A DNA stretch of 64,000 bases from Batkoa obscura (GCA_030770535.1 JASVEC010000015.1:620001-684000); one strand, 5' to 3'; numbered from the stretch's first letter, positions 13,312-26,852 are shown. Numbers and translations are program-made. The notes: generated by a model not told the origin, from the letters alone.

Positions 13312-15354
13312 ATGAAGATGTTAAAACAATTATTTAATGATGTCAATGATCATTCCAATTCAAAACAAAGACCATTGAAATTACTTACAACAACTGTTGG
13401 AATTATTACTCCATTATCTATCTTATTAAGTATACCCTTTATAGAAAGTTCATGGATGTTAAATAATGTATTTGAAAATAAAGAGTTTAAACTTCATCCA
13501 AGTAGATTTTACTATTATTATTACTAATATAATTTAAATTTAAATTGAATTCATTTTAGTTAATGCCATATGTAGTATAATAGCTAATCTATTCCAACTA
13601 TTTGGATCTATTACTTTAGTTACTAGGTTTTGGGGGAAGAAGATAGTTTTAAACACAATACTAAGTATTGTTTTCTTTTTTATTCATTGTAAGTAGTTAT
13701 TTTCTATATTTTAGTATATTAAACTTTATTTACTTTTAGTTGTTTTAATGACTATATCAATAGTCTTTTACTATTTGAATTCCGAAATCAAACATAAAGA
13801 AGTTTCTTATAAGTTTATATTGTCTTCAGTGGCCACTTGTTTATCTTTAGTTTCAGTTCTATTTTTAACTTTTGATTTTATCAAATATAAAACGACATCA
13901 AAGAACAAGATTATATCCAAGAAACATCGAATGTTAGTAATCTATTGTATGTTAACAATTATATGGTCTAAAATAGGTGCTATTATCTTTTGTGGTTTAG
14001 AAGGTTGGAGTTTTATTGACGGAATTTATTTTACATTAGGTAACTTTATTTAATATTTATTTAATATTTATTTAATATTTATTTAATATTTATTTAATAT
14101 TTATTTAATATTTATTTAATATTTATTTAATATTTGATTTTAAGTAACAAATACAACGATGGGCTTTGGAGATTTAACACCAAAATTATTGAGTACCAAA
14201 ATCTTTCTGTTTTTTTATGCTATAATAGGAATTACGTTTACAGCTTTATTAATCAATTCAGTGCGTATAGCTTTATTGAAAAGTGTTGAAAGTATGTTTT
14301 TAAAGAACATGAAAAGAATAGAGAATCATGACTCAAAAATCAACTATAAAAATATTCAACAATTCTTAAGTTCCAGCTTTGATTATAAAAATGCTAATTA
14401 TATAAGATATGAGTATCACAATAATTTATTAAATGAAAAATGGTATATTATTAAACATCAATTAATGTTTTCAATATTAGCTTTAGCTTTATTTTGGTAA
14501 TTTTTATATATTTATATTTGTAAATTTGTATATTTGTAAATTTGTAAATTTGTAAATTTGTAAATTTGTATATTTGTAAATTTGTATATTTGTATATTTG
14601 TATATTTGTATATTTGTATATTTGTATATTTGTATATTTGTATATTTGTATATATATATATTTACTTATATTTATTTCATTTAGGTTTATAGGTGGAGTA
14701 GTTTTTATGTATGCAGAGACATGGACTTATTTTGATGGTATTTATTTTTGTTTTGTATCATTTACAACTATAGGCTATGGAGATTTTGTACCTAAAGAAG
14801 TATATGGTCGAGGAATTATGATATTTTATTCTTTATTGGGATTAGTTACTGCAGCATATGTAATATCAGTATGCATGGATGTAAGTGTATTTTTATTAGA
14901 TAAAAGAATCAATGATGACAAATATAAAATGGAAGTATCAGAAAGTAACAATGATGGGTTAAATGAAGAGATCAAAGAATTATTGAGTAAGTTTCAAAAA
15001 GATAATATAAAAGATAAAGATGAAGTTTTATTGAATTTAATTACATTAAGTAAAATGTATCAAAAAATGGTGGGTATATTATTAGCTGATCAGGATGGAC
15101 TGTTATCTAAAGAGCTATTGGAGAAGAAAGAATTTACAAATTTAGAACAATTTCATTTATTTTTTTGTATTATTTTAAATAAATACATTCATGAGTTAAG
15201 TAATGGTAATGACAATAATAATAATACAAATGAAATGAAGGAAAATGTCATAAATAATTATAATTTACAATTCTATAATCATAAAATTATTGATAGATTA
15301 AAAAATGCATTTGTAAACAAAGATAAAGTTAAAGAGGATATAGATGATAATTAG
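13312..15354 (+). CDS. TOK1: TOK-like potassium channel, copy B (inverted near-identical duplicate of 4283-6270)
   Basis: Same exons and microsatellite introns as copy A; differs mainly at the N-terminus, intron 1/exon 2 and the last residues. Confidence 0.85.
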
Positions 15355-15590
15355 AACAATAAAGTATAAAAATATTATTCATTTAATAAAAGATTAAAAC
15401 TTATTCTAAATTATTTTTTAGTTACCAAATTAATTAATATCATGTACTTTAATATAATGATCAAATAAAATATAAAATTAAGTAAAAATATTTAATTTGG
15501 GACTTGTTTTAATTGTTTTGTTTGTTTAATTATATGTTTCATATTGTTTTTGTTAAATGTTTAACAAATATATAATATATAAAGATATAT

Positions 15591-15689
15591 GGGGATGTAT
15601 TTTTTAACCTCATTACTTTTGCCATCTTTTAAGCGTTATTTGTGTGGAAAAATTGTTAATAAAATTGTTAAATACAAAAATATATCCCC
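15591..15689. mobile_element. MITE copy
   Basis: GGGGATGTATTTTTT...AAAAATATATCCCC, 99 bp, ATAT on both sides. Confidence 0.85.
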
Positions 15690-15863
15690 ATATAATTATC
15701 TCAGTTTATTTATTAAAATTAAAATAAAGCCCAAGCTTTTATAACTAAACTTCAAAACGGAATTTTTAAAAAAATCTGTAAAACAAAAAAATATATCCCT
15801 ATATAATATTTGATAATTTAACTATTTTATCAAGATTTAATTAAAAAAATAATAGTAACAAAT

Positions 15864-15962
15864 GGGGATGTATTTTTGTGTTTAAGAATTTTACTAATAA
15901 TTTTTCCACTCAAATGATGCTTAAAAGATGGAAAAAGTAATGAAGCCAAAAAAAACACTCCC
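15864..15962. mobile_element. MITE copy
   Basis: 99 bp, TIRs, AAAT direct repeat on both sides. Confidence 0.85.
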
Positions 15963-15988
15963 AAATATTTATCAAATAATGTACATAT

Positions 15989-16289
15989 GGGGGCATATTT
16001 TTGTTCAAGAATTTCACTAATAATCTTTCTGCTCAAACAACACTTAAAAAATGGCAAAAGTGATGAAATCAAAAAAAAACCCCATATGGGAGTGTCTTTT
16101 TTGACTTCATTATTTTTTCCATTTTTTAAGTGCTATTTAAGTGGAAAATTTGTTAGTAAGATTCTTAAATACAAAAATACATCACCATATGGGGCTGTTT
16201 TTTTTGGTTTCATAACTTTTTCCATTTTTTAAGCACTATTTGAGCGGAAAAATTGTTAGTAAAATTATTAAGCAAAAAAATACATCCCC
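15989..16289. mobile_element. Three abutting MITE copies (15989-16083, 16088-16186, 16191-16289)
   Basis: Each pair separated by a single ATAT; the first copy is in opposite orientation to the other two. Confidence 0.85.
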
Positions 16290-16748
16290 ATATATTAAAT
16301 AAAAATAAAACCAGATCTAACAAATTCAGATTATTATAATAAAAAAGCTATATTAGCATTAAACTTCAATATTTTACATTCAAAAAACAATAAGCAAAAT
16401 TTATTTTGATTATTTGTTTAAAACATTAAATTACGATTCAGCATGTATAAAAAACTGTTTAATTAATTTAATACCTAAAGAACTTTTATTTAAAAAGTTT
16501 ATAAAAATTAATATATAAGCAAATACAGAAAACTATTTAAAATTTTGTTTTTATATTCTATATATTTAAAATTTTTTACAAAACAAATAGTAGTTTAAAT
16601 ATTGATTTTAACGTTTTTGCTAAATATTATAGAAAAAGTATAATTGATAGATATTTTAAGAATTTTTCATAATGTGAAAATAGTTTTGAAATATTAAAAT
16701 AAAAAGTATTAATCAATTAATTTTGAAATTTGGGATTTTCATTTATAT

Positions 16749-16843
16749 GGGGATATGTCTTTATGTTTAAGAATTTTATTAACAAACTTTCCACTTAAGT
16801 AGCACTTAAAAGAGAAAAAATAATGAAGCCAAAAAAACACCCC
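16749..16843. mobile_element. MITE copy
   Basis: TIRs and ATAT/ATAT flanks. Confidence 0.8.
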
Positions 16844-16918
16844 ATATTTAAAAATTAGATAAAAAGATGAAGCTAATTTGTATATCCTTACATATTTCCT
16901 TATTTAGTAGTTTTATAC

Positions 16919-17010
16919 GTGAATGTTTTTTGGCTTCACCACTTTTCCATTTTTAAGCATTATAGTAGAAAAAAATGTTGGCAAATTTCTTCAACATAAA
17001 AAGGTATCCG
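16919..17010. mobile_element. Degenerate MITE copy
   Basis: TTTTTTGGCTTCACCACTTTTCCATTTTTAAGCA core; eroded termini. Confidence 0.6.
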
Positions 17011-17744
17011 ATATTGACTATTTTTCATATTTAGTTAATATAGAAAATAAACAAATGAAACTAATAAAAGTTTCTCTATGTTGTTTGACTTTCTTCAATT
17101 TTAAGCTTAAAATCTAGACAAATTTACAAAATATAATGGATATAAACTTAATTTAGCACTTTAAATTCAACTCTAATAAACTTAAGCTATAATAGCATAT
17201 CTACATCTTGATCAATGGATTATTTACTTTTGTCAACTACTAAATCAAAGTCAAAAAGTTCTCTAATAGTGTCCATGTTAAGCGTACTTCCCTCAGCTGG
17301 GTTCCTTTTAGCTTTTTTCATATTTTAATTAGAATACTTATTAAATAAGAGTTCAATAAAAATAGGCCAAATTCAATATCAAATAAAACAAAATACATCA
17401 TTTTTAAGATTAATTATTTAATATTCAAGAGCAAAAATGATTTCACTTATTCATCAAAAAACTTTAATTTGATTCAAATCTAGTAAGACTATATAAGATC
17501 TATAACTAATTACTTATGAATGCTTTAACGTAAAGAAAACATTTTTTGGTAACAAATATATAAGGATATAATCTATTGTTTACTAAATAAAAGTAATAGT
17601 TCGATTTTACCACTCTAAATCATGCTGTTACTTCTACCAATATTTTCCTAATTTTATTGGCTACATTTGAAACTGAACTTTGACTATTTAGTCATTTATA
17701 TAAAAATAAGCTAAATTGTTTTTTATTATTTTTAAAAAAACAAG

Positions 17745-19526
17745 ATGGAAGAACAAGGATACTCAAAGCATATGATAAAATTTAAAATTAAAAGGAAGAA
17801 AGAGGCAATAAGAAGTAATATGGATAAACGAAGACTTAAGATAAAAGAGATGGAAGATATAGTTATTAAAATGATGGGGAATTATAAGCTGATGGCTAAA
17901 GACCCAAGAAGAGTTATAATAGCAGGTAAATAAATAGTTAGTGTTTAAATATTATTTATTAATAGTTTAGATTACTTGAGTTTTACAAACAAACAACTGG
18001 TCAAATTGATTAATGATACAACATATGATTCTGATGAGGAAATGATGATTGAAAATAAGATTAAAGAGTTCAAACATCAATTAAACCAATCAAAGGAAAA
18101 AAAATTGGATGTATTTCCATTTATGAAACAGCCTAGCTATAATTTGAACTCCTTTTTAGAAAATTGTGTTACTGTCTATTCAAAAGATATTGATTTTTTT
18201 CAAGTTTGGTTAAATCCAGCTCAAGTATTTAATACTTTAAAAAGTAAGAAACCTACTCTTCTATCTTATTCATTACACGGTATGTTAACTAGATTCACTT
18301 CTTCTTATCCACCATTGAAATATCAACATGAGCTTTATCATTTAAACTTAAAAAATGCAAAAAGATGTCTACCAGCTGCTTATGCCAATCCTTCCATTGA
18401 AAATGTAACTGGGTTAGTATTTTTAACTTTTATCTCATTTTCTCATGTTGATTTAAAATCAGCTTTCAAATATTTTTCATCAGCTATTAGGATGGCTGAA
18501 AGCCTTGGATTAAATAAAGCTGATGCGGAGATCAGAGATAATATCTTTTTAGAAAATGAAGTGCAAGGAAAAAATCATTTGCATGAGAGGGGAAATAGTA
18601 TATGGAAAGCATTAGGATTGACTTATATGATATTAAGATGTGTTGGACCTGAGTTACCGGTTATTAGCGTGCTACCAACTTCAATTTCTTTAAATTTAAA
18701 TTTCGATAAAGAGTTGCGGCATTTGAGTAACAGTGGTAACATGGGACATTTAGCTATTGATTTACCTGTTATTGCTAAAAAAGTATTAGAGATTTTTTTC
18801 GAAATCATGGGTCAAATACAGAATGTAAAAGTACAACATAAACAGTATAGTCGATTGAATCAGGTGATAAGTAATGAAATGCTAAGACTACCACCACTTA
18901 AATTTCAATTAAGATTGCAGGAGTTGAAATATATTTATGAGGAGTATTTCAAGAATGAAGTCAAATTAAAAATGATGAGTGATAGTGATAATAACAAGGG
19001 CGATTGTACAATGAAAAATAAATTTAAATCCTTCATCAATGCTATTTATATTTACTTATTTTATCCCTCTGTATTAGCTGAGCCAATGCCTGTCCAATTT
19101 AATAATATCGAAATCCATTTGCTATTTAAAGCGAGTGATGACATTATTGGGTTTTATATCGCCTGGTTGAAAAGAAATTTAAATAAAAGTAATACTAGAA
19201 GGACCAATAAGCTTGCAACTATCTTAGAAGCGCCCATATTTATGCAAATCACTTATCCGACGTTTGTGTTATTTTCTATATTATCGTTTGAGAGTAATTA
19301 TCAACGGTATGCAAGTATTATTGAGCAGTGTAAAAATCAGAGTATTATCGTTGTTTCGCTATTGGCCCAGTTTTGCCAAGCCTTTGATAATAAATATGAT
19401 GGATTAAGAGCGCTTAATAGGATCAAGTTGTATATGAGTAATTTTATATTGGAGAAAGAGTTTGCTGAAGAGATTAAGAGGCTGATTAATAGTAGTAAAG
19501 AAATTTTAGAATCGGCTGATTTATAA
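17745..19526 (+). CDS. Fungal-specific transcription factor (Fungal_trans/MHR-like) domain protein without Zn2Cys6 cluster, 2 exons
   Basis: Intron 17926-17970 joins the two ORFs in frame; PSIENVTGLVFL..AFKYFSSAIRMAESLGLNK..ERGNSIWKAL resembles the middle homology region. Confidence 0.6.
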
Positions 19527-19787
19527 AAGTATTGAGTTGATTTATCGTATTTATATAAAATAAAAAATGTTTTTTCTTTTTGTTAATTCTGAGACTAAAG
19601 TTTATTTTACTTTTACTATCTGATTGCTTAGTGATGAATTTAAAGTATCGTGTATATTTAAAAAATGGTAAATTATAGCTTTGATTTAATTGGCTACTTC
19701 CCGAACTTCAATTTACCAAGTAAAAGCAAAAATAGTTTGCTTAAAACTAAATTATTTTCTCAAAAACTAATCAACCTTTATTATATT

Positions 19788-20527
19788 ATGGTTAACTTTC
19801 AACACACTATCGGAGTATTAGCTTTACAAGGTGCCTTTGAAGAGCACATTGATATAATCAATCAACTAGGAGATATAAAAGCAGTTGCAGTTCGTACAGA
19901 AGCTCAACTTCAGAATGTTGATGCTTTAATTTTACCTGGGGGAGAATCTACAGCAATGGCCTTAATTGCAGAAAGAAATCAACTATTCGAACCTTTGCGT
20001 CAATTCGTCAAAACCAAACCAGTTTGGGTAAGTCAATAAAATTTATTTAATCGAAAATTGATAAAAGACTAACTCTTCTTTAGGGAACATGTGCTGGATT
20101 AATTTTATTAGCAGATGAAGCCAACCAAGTCAAGAAAGGAGGACAAGAGCTTATTGGAGGTTTACACATTACAGTCAATAGAAATCAGTTTGGTTCTCAA
20201 GTTCAGTCATTTGAAGCTGATTTAGAGGTCCCATGCCTTGCTCAAGTGTCAAAGGTTAAAGGAAGTAATTCACCATACCGTTGCATGTTTATTAGAGCCC
20301 CTGTAATCTTGGAAGTAGATAGAAAAGAAGGTGTTGAGGTTTTAAGTACTATTGATTATCATAATCAGTATACAGAGGAAGGAAAAGCACTCGGAATTAA
20401 AGAGTTTATTGTAGCAGTACAGCAAAAACATATATTAGGGACTTCGTTCCATCCTGAGTTGACTAAAGATTACAGATGGCATCAGTACTTTGTAAAAATG
20501 GTGAAGGAGTTTTATACTGCCAAATAA
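19788..20527 (+). CDS. PDX2: Pyridoxal 5'-phosphate synthase glutaminase subunit (PdxT/SNO)
   Basis: [25 protein letters not shown] (intron ~20028-20083), RNQFGSQ, FIRAP, FHPE. Confidence 0.95.
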
Positions 20528-20681
20528 ATAATTAGACTTGAAGTTTATTTATGAAATAATTTTATATCCATTATTGTTGTAAATTATTGTGTTATTATTG
20601 CTATATCATTCATTGTGTTCGTAATTTTATTGGATGAAAACGCGCTTTAAAATAAATCATAGTTATTCTTGTATAAAATAT

Positions 20682-20780
20682 GGGAGTGTTTTTTTTAATT
20701 TCATTACTTTTTCCATTTTTTAAGCACTATTTAAGCGGAAAATTTGTTAGTAAAATTCTTGAACACAAAAATACATCCCC
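20682..20780. mobile_element. MITE copy
   Basis: 99 bp, ATAT/ATAT flanks, between convergent genes. Confidence 0.85.
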
Positions 20781-20921
20781 ATATACTATAAAAATATCGT
20801 ACTTGTATGTATTTACTAAACAACAAAATACTATATCTAAAATTTGATCTTTGGAATAACATATATACAATGTAGAAAATAGATAAATTATAAAAATAAT
20901 GGTAAACTTTTTTATTAGAAA

Positions 20922-22180
20922 TTATGAAGTAGTTGAAACATCTAAAAGTTTCAGACCAATGGCTTGTTGCCAGCATTTGATATAATGGTTAATAAACTTG
21001 AACAGAGAATAAAAGGAATGAAGAGAACCCAAAAGTAAAATAGAAAACAAAATCAAAGGAAATGAAGAAGCATTGTTGGGGTTCCTTCCATTATTTTGAT
21101 TCATAGAGGTAAATGTATATCTTAGCCCTAAGATAGGTAATGTTCCCATAAATATAAGTCGGATCAATAAAGTTAAAAACCCAATAGTGCCAACTAATAA
21201 AACACCTAAAAATAAATGGATTTTATCAATAGTAAAATAAAATAAATCATTAGTAGTCGAGTCCAAATTTAATTCATTTAGTAACTCTTCAATATCCTCA
21301 TTATTTATGAATAAAAGTAAATATTTAGATATAAACCCGGCAAAGATGATGATTACAATAAAAATCAAACTCGATAACAGAAAACGGGTAACTAACAAAC
21401 ATATAAATATAAACGTGTAAATAAATAGAGTATAAAATAATTACTTGGATATGTAACAAGTTTGGCTAAATTAGAGTGCAAAAACGAATATTGATAAAGG
21501 CAATTATCACACCGAAGGAAGGAAGAGTCTTTTTTGAATTGATTATTATTATTATTACTGGAGGTTAATCGCCATAGATTTAAACAATTAAGATGAACAT
21601 ATTTCATACTTCCTTTACAATGACAGGGTGAAATGAGTCTACCTAACTCTTGATTTTCTTCTGAATCAAAACATATTCTGCATCTTCTATCATCATCATT
21701 ATTTAATATATTATCATTAATTAACATGTCATCTTTGGTTAATATATTATAATTGATGTTATCTAATATCAATTTATCTTTCATATTATAACTTGAATTA
21801 CCATCTAAAATAGGTCCAATAGTTTCACTGCTCATATGATTATTCATTGAGTTTCTATTTCTTATTAAAGTTTCATTAAGTGAAAAGTCAAAGTTTAAAG
21901 TATTATCATTCAAGAAAGTAACATTAAAATTGTTGTTGTTGTTATTTTGAAATGAAAATTCGGTCTCAATGGAAATGTTATTATCTTCTTGATTAGAGTT
22001 GATATTGATGTTTGGTAGCGAGTTGGAATGAAATAAATTTCTTTTAATATCAGCGTCTTGAGGAGTGATTGGTTCAATTGAACTCGATAAAGTTATGGCA
22101 TTGACGCTATACCCATTTGAATCCGCGGACCTACATAAATTCGGTAAGGTGTCCTCCTTTTTATTATTGGAATTTTTCAT
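20922..22180 (-). CDS. RING-CH (RINGv/MARCH-type) membrane E3 ubiquitin ligase, 2 exons
   Basis: CRICFD..LISPCHCKGSMKYVHLNCLNLW..CDNC followed by three hydrophobic segments. Confidence 0.85.
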
Positions 22181-22325
22181 TTTTTAAAAAATCAAAAGCA
22201 ATATTTTATGATTTACTATTTATAATAGGGATTCAAATTAACCAATCAAAAAATAACGATTTTTTTACTAAAAAGTCGTGTTTTAATAAATTTTGCATTC
22301 ATTTGATATTAGTTGTTTATCAATT

Positions 22326-23417
22326 ATGTCACTCCTTCGACACACGATTCACTCATCCATTGATCCCAGTTCTAGTTTAAACAACCTTATCAAATTATTA
22401 GCAAATAGAGTATATTCTGGGAATATAGAACATGCTAAACAAGAAATCAGGTGGTTGAAAGAATATATAAATGATATAAATAAAATTATAGTAGACAATA
22501 ATAAAGTAGATGGCACTATAGCAACATTAAATGATGATAGTATAGACAATGATAGGATATTAAGTAACCTATTGAGAGAAAGGATATTTAAAAACAAACC
22601 ATTACAATACATAATAGGTAACTCATAGAAAATAACTAAGCAATTGAATTTTAATATTAAAATAGGAGATCAGCCATTTGGAAATTTACTAATTAAAGTT
22701 AAACAACCAATATTAATACCAAGGTAAATTATTTATGTCATTTTATATTATTTCTTATATTATTTTTATTATAACAGATGGGAAACAGAGGAATGGAGCA
22801 TTGAGCTAGCTAACATAATAGATGAACAGCTGAGCAAAAGCAAAAATGATGACTTTACAATACTTGAAATAGGAAGTGGAAGTGGCTGTATACCATTGAT
22901 GTTAAGCAGTAAAATAAAAACCAAGGTAGATATTTATTCTATAGACAAAAACGAAAAGGCCACATTATTGAGCCAAGAAAACCAAACTTTTAATGAAAAA
23001 CAGTTAAATCATAAAGTTCATTTTAAACTGGTGGACTTATTTAATGATTACCAAATCAAAAAGTTGCTATCATCAATCCCACCTGTTAATATGATCGTTT
23101 CAAACCCACCTTACATACCTCCAGACGAATATGAGCTATTGGATTTATCAGTGAAGCAATGGGAGGATAGTGGCGCATTGAAAACGAAGGATAGCCACGG
23201 ATTAGAGTATTATCATCGTATATATGAGGTTTATAAAAAACGCATAAGAAATGATGAAAAAGAGAGTAAAATTAAGAATGGCCTACCAAAGTTTGTTTTT
23301 GAATATGGGACTAAAGAACAGGGCTTGAAGTTAAAACAGTACTTTGATCATCGTGGGTTTCATTCGGTTTTGAAAAAGGATATGGGTGATAAATATAGGG
23401 TGATTTATGTTTATTAA
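22326..23417 (+). CDS. MTQ1: HemK/PrmC-family release-factor glutamine methyltransferase (mitochondrial type), 3 exons
   Basis: PLQYIIG|DQPFG..ILIPR|WETEEW, ILEIGSGSGCI, VSNPPY. Confidence 0.85.
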
Positions 23418-23454
23418 TGTACAAATAATAAATGGAATATAGAATAGATTAAGT

Positions 23455-24675
23455 TTAAACTAGTAAATCAACATGTTCCTTTTTAAACTCAATTTTTTCA
23501 TAATTTTTAAATCTTGGTAAACAGGAGCCAGGATCATAAAAAAACTCTTTGAAATTGATTGGACATCTACAACGTGATTCCACGCCTACTTCAATTAATG
23601 GGTTATTAGGGCAGGTGACAAATTTATCATGTTGGTAGCCCAAGTCAGAAAAATGATGGATTTGAGAAGCATTTCTAAACAAACCAAGTCCTAAGGAAAT
23701 GACTGGCGCATCCCCCCATCGCTCATAAAAATAATTGTTATTGTCTTCCAAGTACTTGAAATATTTTTTGTATGTATTGCTTTTAATAAAGTTAGTATCT
23801 ATGATATGAAAGTTGGTCCAGAAATGACATAAGTTATATGTGAGAGGCTGATAGAGGTTTGTTTTGCCTAAAGATACGAATTAGTAGTAAAAAAATTAAA
23901 AAAATAGAATATCACCTATTCTTTGTTGAAATTCGATATGATCCAAATCTTTTTTGTCAGCTTGTTTTAAAAAGAAAGGAAATAAATCGCTATTGACTGT
24001 TAATTTTGTCTGTTTGATATACTTTGTAATTGTATCAAAAAGAGTTGGAATCGTTTCTGGAATCTCTTTTAAAGTGATAGAAAACCCATAGCTCAATTGG
24101 TTTCTCTTCATATAATCAAACAAGTCGTACTTAGTCTTACAAAAGAAATGGGTGTCTGGTTCAATCCGCATAACATAGTCATAATTTACTACCTCTTTAT
24201 GTTGGAATAAATAATACGATTGGTATCGACACATTAATCTATAACTCACTGAATCTGCATAACTAATGTTTTGATATTTCAATTCTTGCATCTTTATAGT
24301 CATTAAGGTTTGATTCACTGATTTAGGTATTTCCCATAACTCTTCCTCAATTTTTGAAAATATTACTTTACTTTTAGTATGTTTCAAAATGGTGGTTTTA
24401 AACTCCATAGTAAACTCAATTTCATTTAAAAATAAATAAGGATAGTTGAATTGGTCATTGAAGTTAAGTTCAAATTCTTTTAATGTCGATACCATGCCTG
24501 AAAGATCGCTGTTGCGACACATTATGACAATTATGCCGCGAACTCTATTTGAACCAGGTCTTAGACTGTTTAAAGTTTGTTCTTCGGTAGCTAAGATTGA
24601 CTTCAAGTGAAAATAAACGATGGTCAATAGGGTTATTGAGGTGATCAATACTATTATAGATTTATTTATTCTCAT
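23455..24675 (-). CDS. GT15 (KRE2/MNT1/KTR family) alpha-1,2-mannosyltransferase-like protein, 2 exons
   Basis: Type II anchor, YPYLFLNE, SYRLMCRY, RIEPD, YNLCHFWTNF, YERWGDAPV. Confidence 0.9.
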
Positions 24676-25696
24676 TTATATTGGCTATAATCAAAAGTAA
24701 ACTTAATTTGTTATTTTTATTGTTCAGCTCATCCTTTTTTAAATTTCTCCAGTTTATGACGATTTGAAACTTTAAAAAAAGTTGCTACCATTGAATGAAA
24801 AACCAGTCATCAATCTTACTCAAATTTTTAGTTTAATCAAAGCTAGGTTATCCCTATATTTGGAAAATTAGTACATGTTATTTTGGTGTTTAAGGTAGCT
24901 TGGCTGTTTCATCTTATTTTGTAGCAATGAGTGGCAAACTGATAAATACAACTTTAAAAAATGAGTTATTTTTGCTGAATAATCTAAAAGTGGAAATGAC
25001 GAATGATAATGACTAATATAGAATATATGAGCAATTAAGCAGAAGATAAATAAAGTGAGTTGTTTTCACTAAATAACAAATACAGTATTTAAAATTTAGT
25101 AGTTTGTAACTATTTATAACTTTAATTACAGATTACCAAACCTTATTGTTTTTAACATTTGATATAGCCGTATTGGCTAACCTTTAATAATGTAAGTTTA
25201 TTTAGTATTAAATCAACCCACACCGAATCATTGCACTTGATATATTAACAAAGAGCCAAGCAATATTTTTATAGTGTATTTTAACTATAAATGAAGAAAC
25301 TAACCGCTACTCTTATATCGAGAAGAACAAATGTCATCAAACTCATTTTTACATTCGAACTTAGAAAATAAAGTGATTAGAAGTTATTATTAACTGTATT
25401 CTGTATCAACTCATTTTTAGATATTTTATCATTCACTATTTTGAAATTTATTGTCGTTTCAACCAATAGCATTAAGCTCGCAATTATTTTACCAATGATT
25501 GTGTTACGGCAGTCACTATCTATACCTCTCGATACTATTCGTGTCTTTATCGCCATAATTAATCGATTAATTTAAACTTAAATTGTTGAAAGTCAACACA
25601 GAGTATAAAAATAATCGAGATGAAGGTCATAAAGCTTACTAAAAACAATCAAAACAATCAAAAACAATAAAATAAATAATCTATCAATAATCCAAG

Positions 25697-26365
25697 ATGC
25701 CTCAAACTTGTAAATGTACTGGAAACACCAATGGCTGTAATTGCCAATCTGCATGCAACTGCTCCACTCGCCAAGCCCAAGTAGCTGAATTGGTCTGCGC
25801 CTGTACAGGTAGCCAAGGTGGTTGTAATTGTGACAGCTCATGCAGTTGTGAAACCAGAAAGGCTCAAGCTTTAGCCAAGATCTGTGCCTGCACTGGAAGC
25901 AAAGATGGTTGTAAATGTGATGCTTCTTGCAACTGTGAAACTCGCAAAGTAGAAAACAAAGGAACTAGTTGTGCTTGTGCCAAAGAAGGATGTAATTGTG
26001 AAAAAGGATGTAACTGTGAAACCTGCAAATCTGATTCAAAAGTATGTGAATGTACTACTAATAAAACCAAATCAGCCTGTTGCAGCTCCAAATCTAAATG
26101 TGCCTGTGCCAAAGAAGGATGTAATTGTGAAGAAGGATGTAACTGTGAAACCTGCAAATCTGATTCAAAAACATGTGAGTGTATCGCTGATAATACTACT
26201 TTAACTTATTCGAACCCCAAATATAAGTGCATCTGTGCTAAAGATGGATGTAATTGTAAAATAGAATGTAGCTGCAGAACCTGCAAATCGGACTCAAATG
26301 TATGTGAGTGTATCACTTGTAAGACTACTTTAGACTGCAGCAGCTCCAGATTCAAATACTGTTAA
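25697..26365 (+). CDS. Long modular metallothionein-like protein, copy 1 (222 aa, 50 Cys)
   Basis: Intronless; three 6-Cys units plus three ~43-aa units, the last ones degenerate; CxC-dominated. Confidence 0.8.
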   Translation: MPQTCKCTGNTNGCNCQSACNCSTRQAQVAELVCACTGSQGGCNCDSSCSCETRKAQALAKICACTGSKDGCKCDASCNCETRKVENKGTSCACAKEGCNCEKGCNCETCKSDSKVCECTTNKTKSACCSSKSKCACAKEGCNCEEGCNCETCKSDSKTCECIADNTTLTYSNPKYKCICAKDGCNCKIECSCRTCKSDSNVCECITCKTTLDCSSSRFKYC

Positions 26366-26755
26366 ATTCAAGTATTAATAATAAACTTATAAGTGCCTTT
26401 AAATATAACACAAATATTTGAACTATATAATTAGTTTTTTAAAAGCTATTTTAATGCTTAAAAGGGTAGTACAATGATTTAATTTACTGTTTATTAATTT
26501 ACTATTACTGTATTTACATTTTTTTAGTATTACTTTATTAATTCGCTAATAACATGGTTTTTTATTGTATTTGATTTATTATTCTATTAAATTAGAAAAG
26601 TAAGAAAGATTAAGTTTTACTATATTTATAAATTATCTACTATAGTGGTAAACCAAAATGAATTGATAATTAAAAAATTTAGTGAGCTTTATTACATTAT
26701 CAAAAACTCTGTTTTGTCACTTAGCGTTCTGAGTATACTATCCTATCTACTATTT

Positions 26756-26852
26756 GGGGATGTATTTTTTCGCTTAAGAATTTTGGTGATAATCTTTCCA
26801 CTCAAATAGTGCTTAAAAATGGAAAAAGTAACGAAGACAAAAAAACATCCCG
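26756..26852. mobile_element. MITE copy
   Basis: TIRs; flanks ATTT/ATAT; lies between the two metallothionein genes. Confidence 0.8.

Noticed and set aside
15864..16289. Regularly spaced repeats resembling a CRISPR array
   Set aside because: Whole ~99-bp units repeat with no unique spacers; eukaryotic context and no cas genes
15830..17117. Short ORFs sharing LFPSFKH.LSGKI-like peptides (also 20731-20976 and the end of 59338-59910)
   Set aside because: Translations of the non-coding MITE, not a protein family
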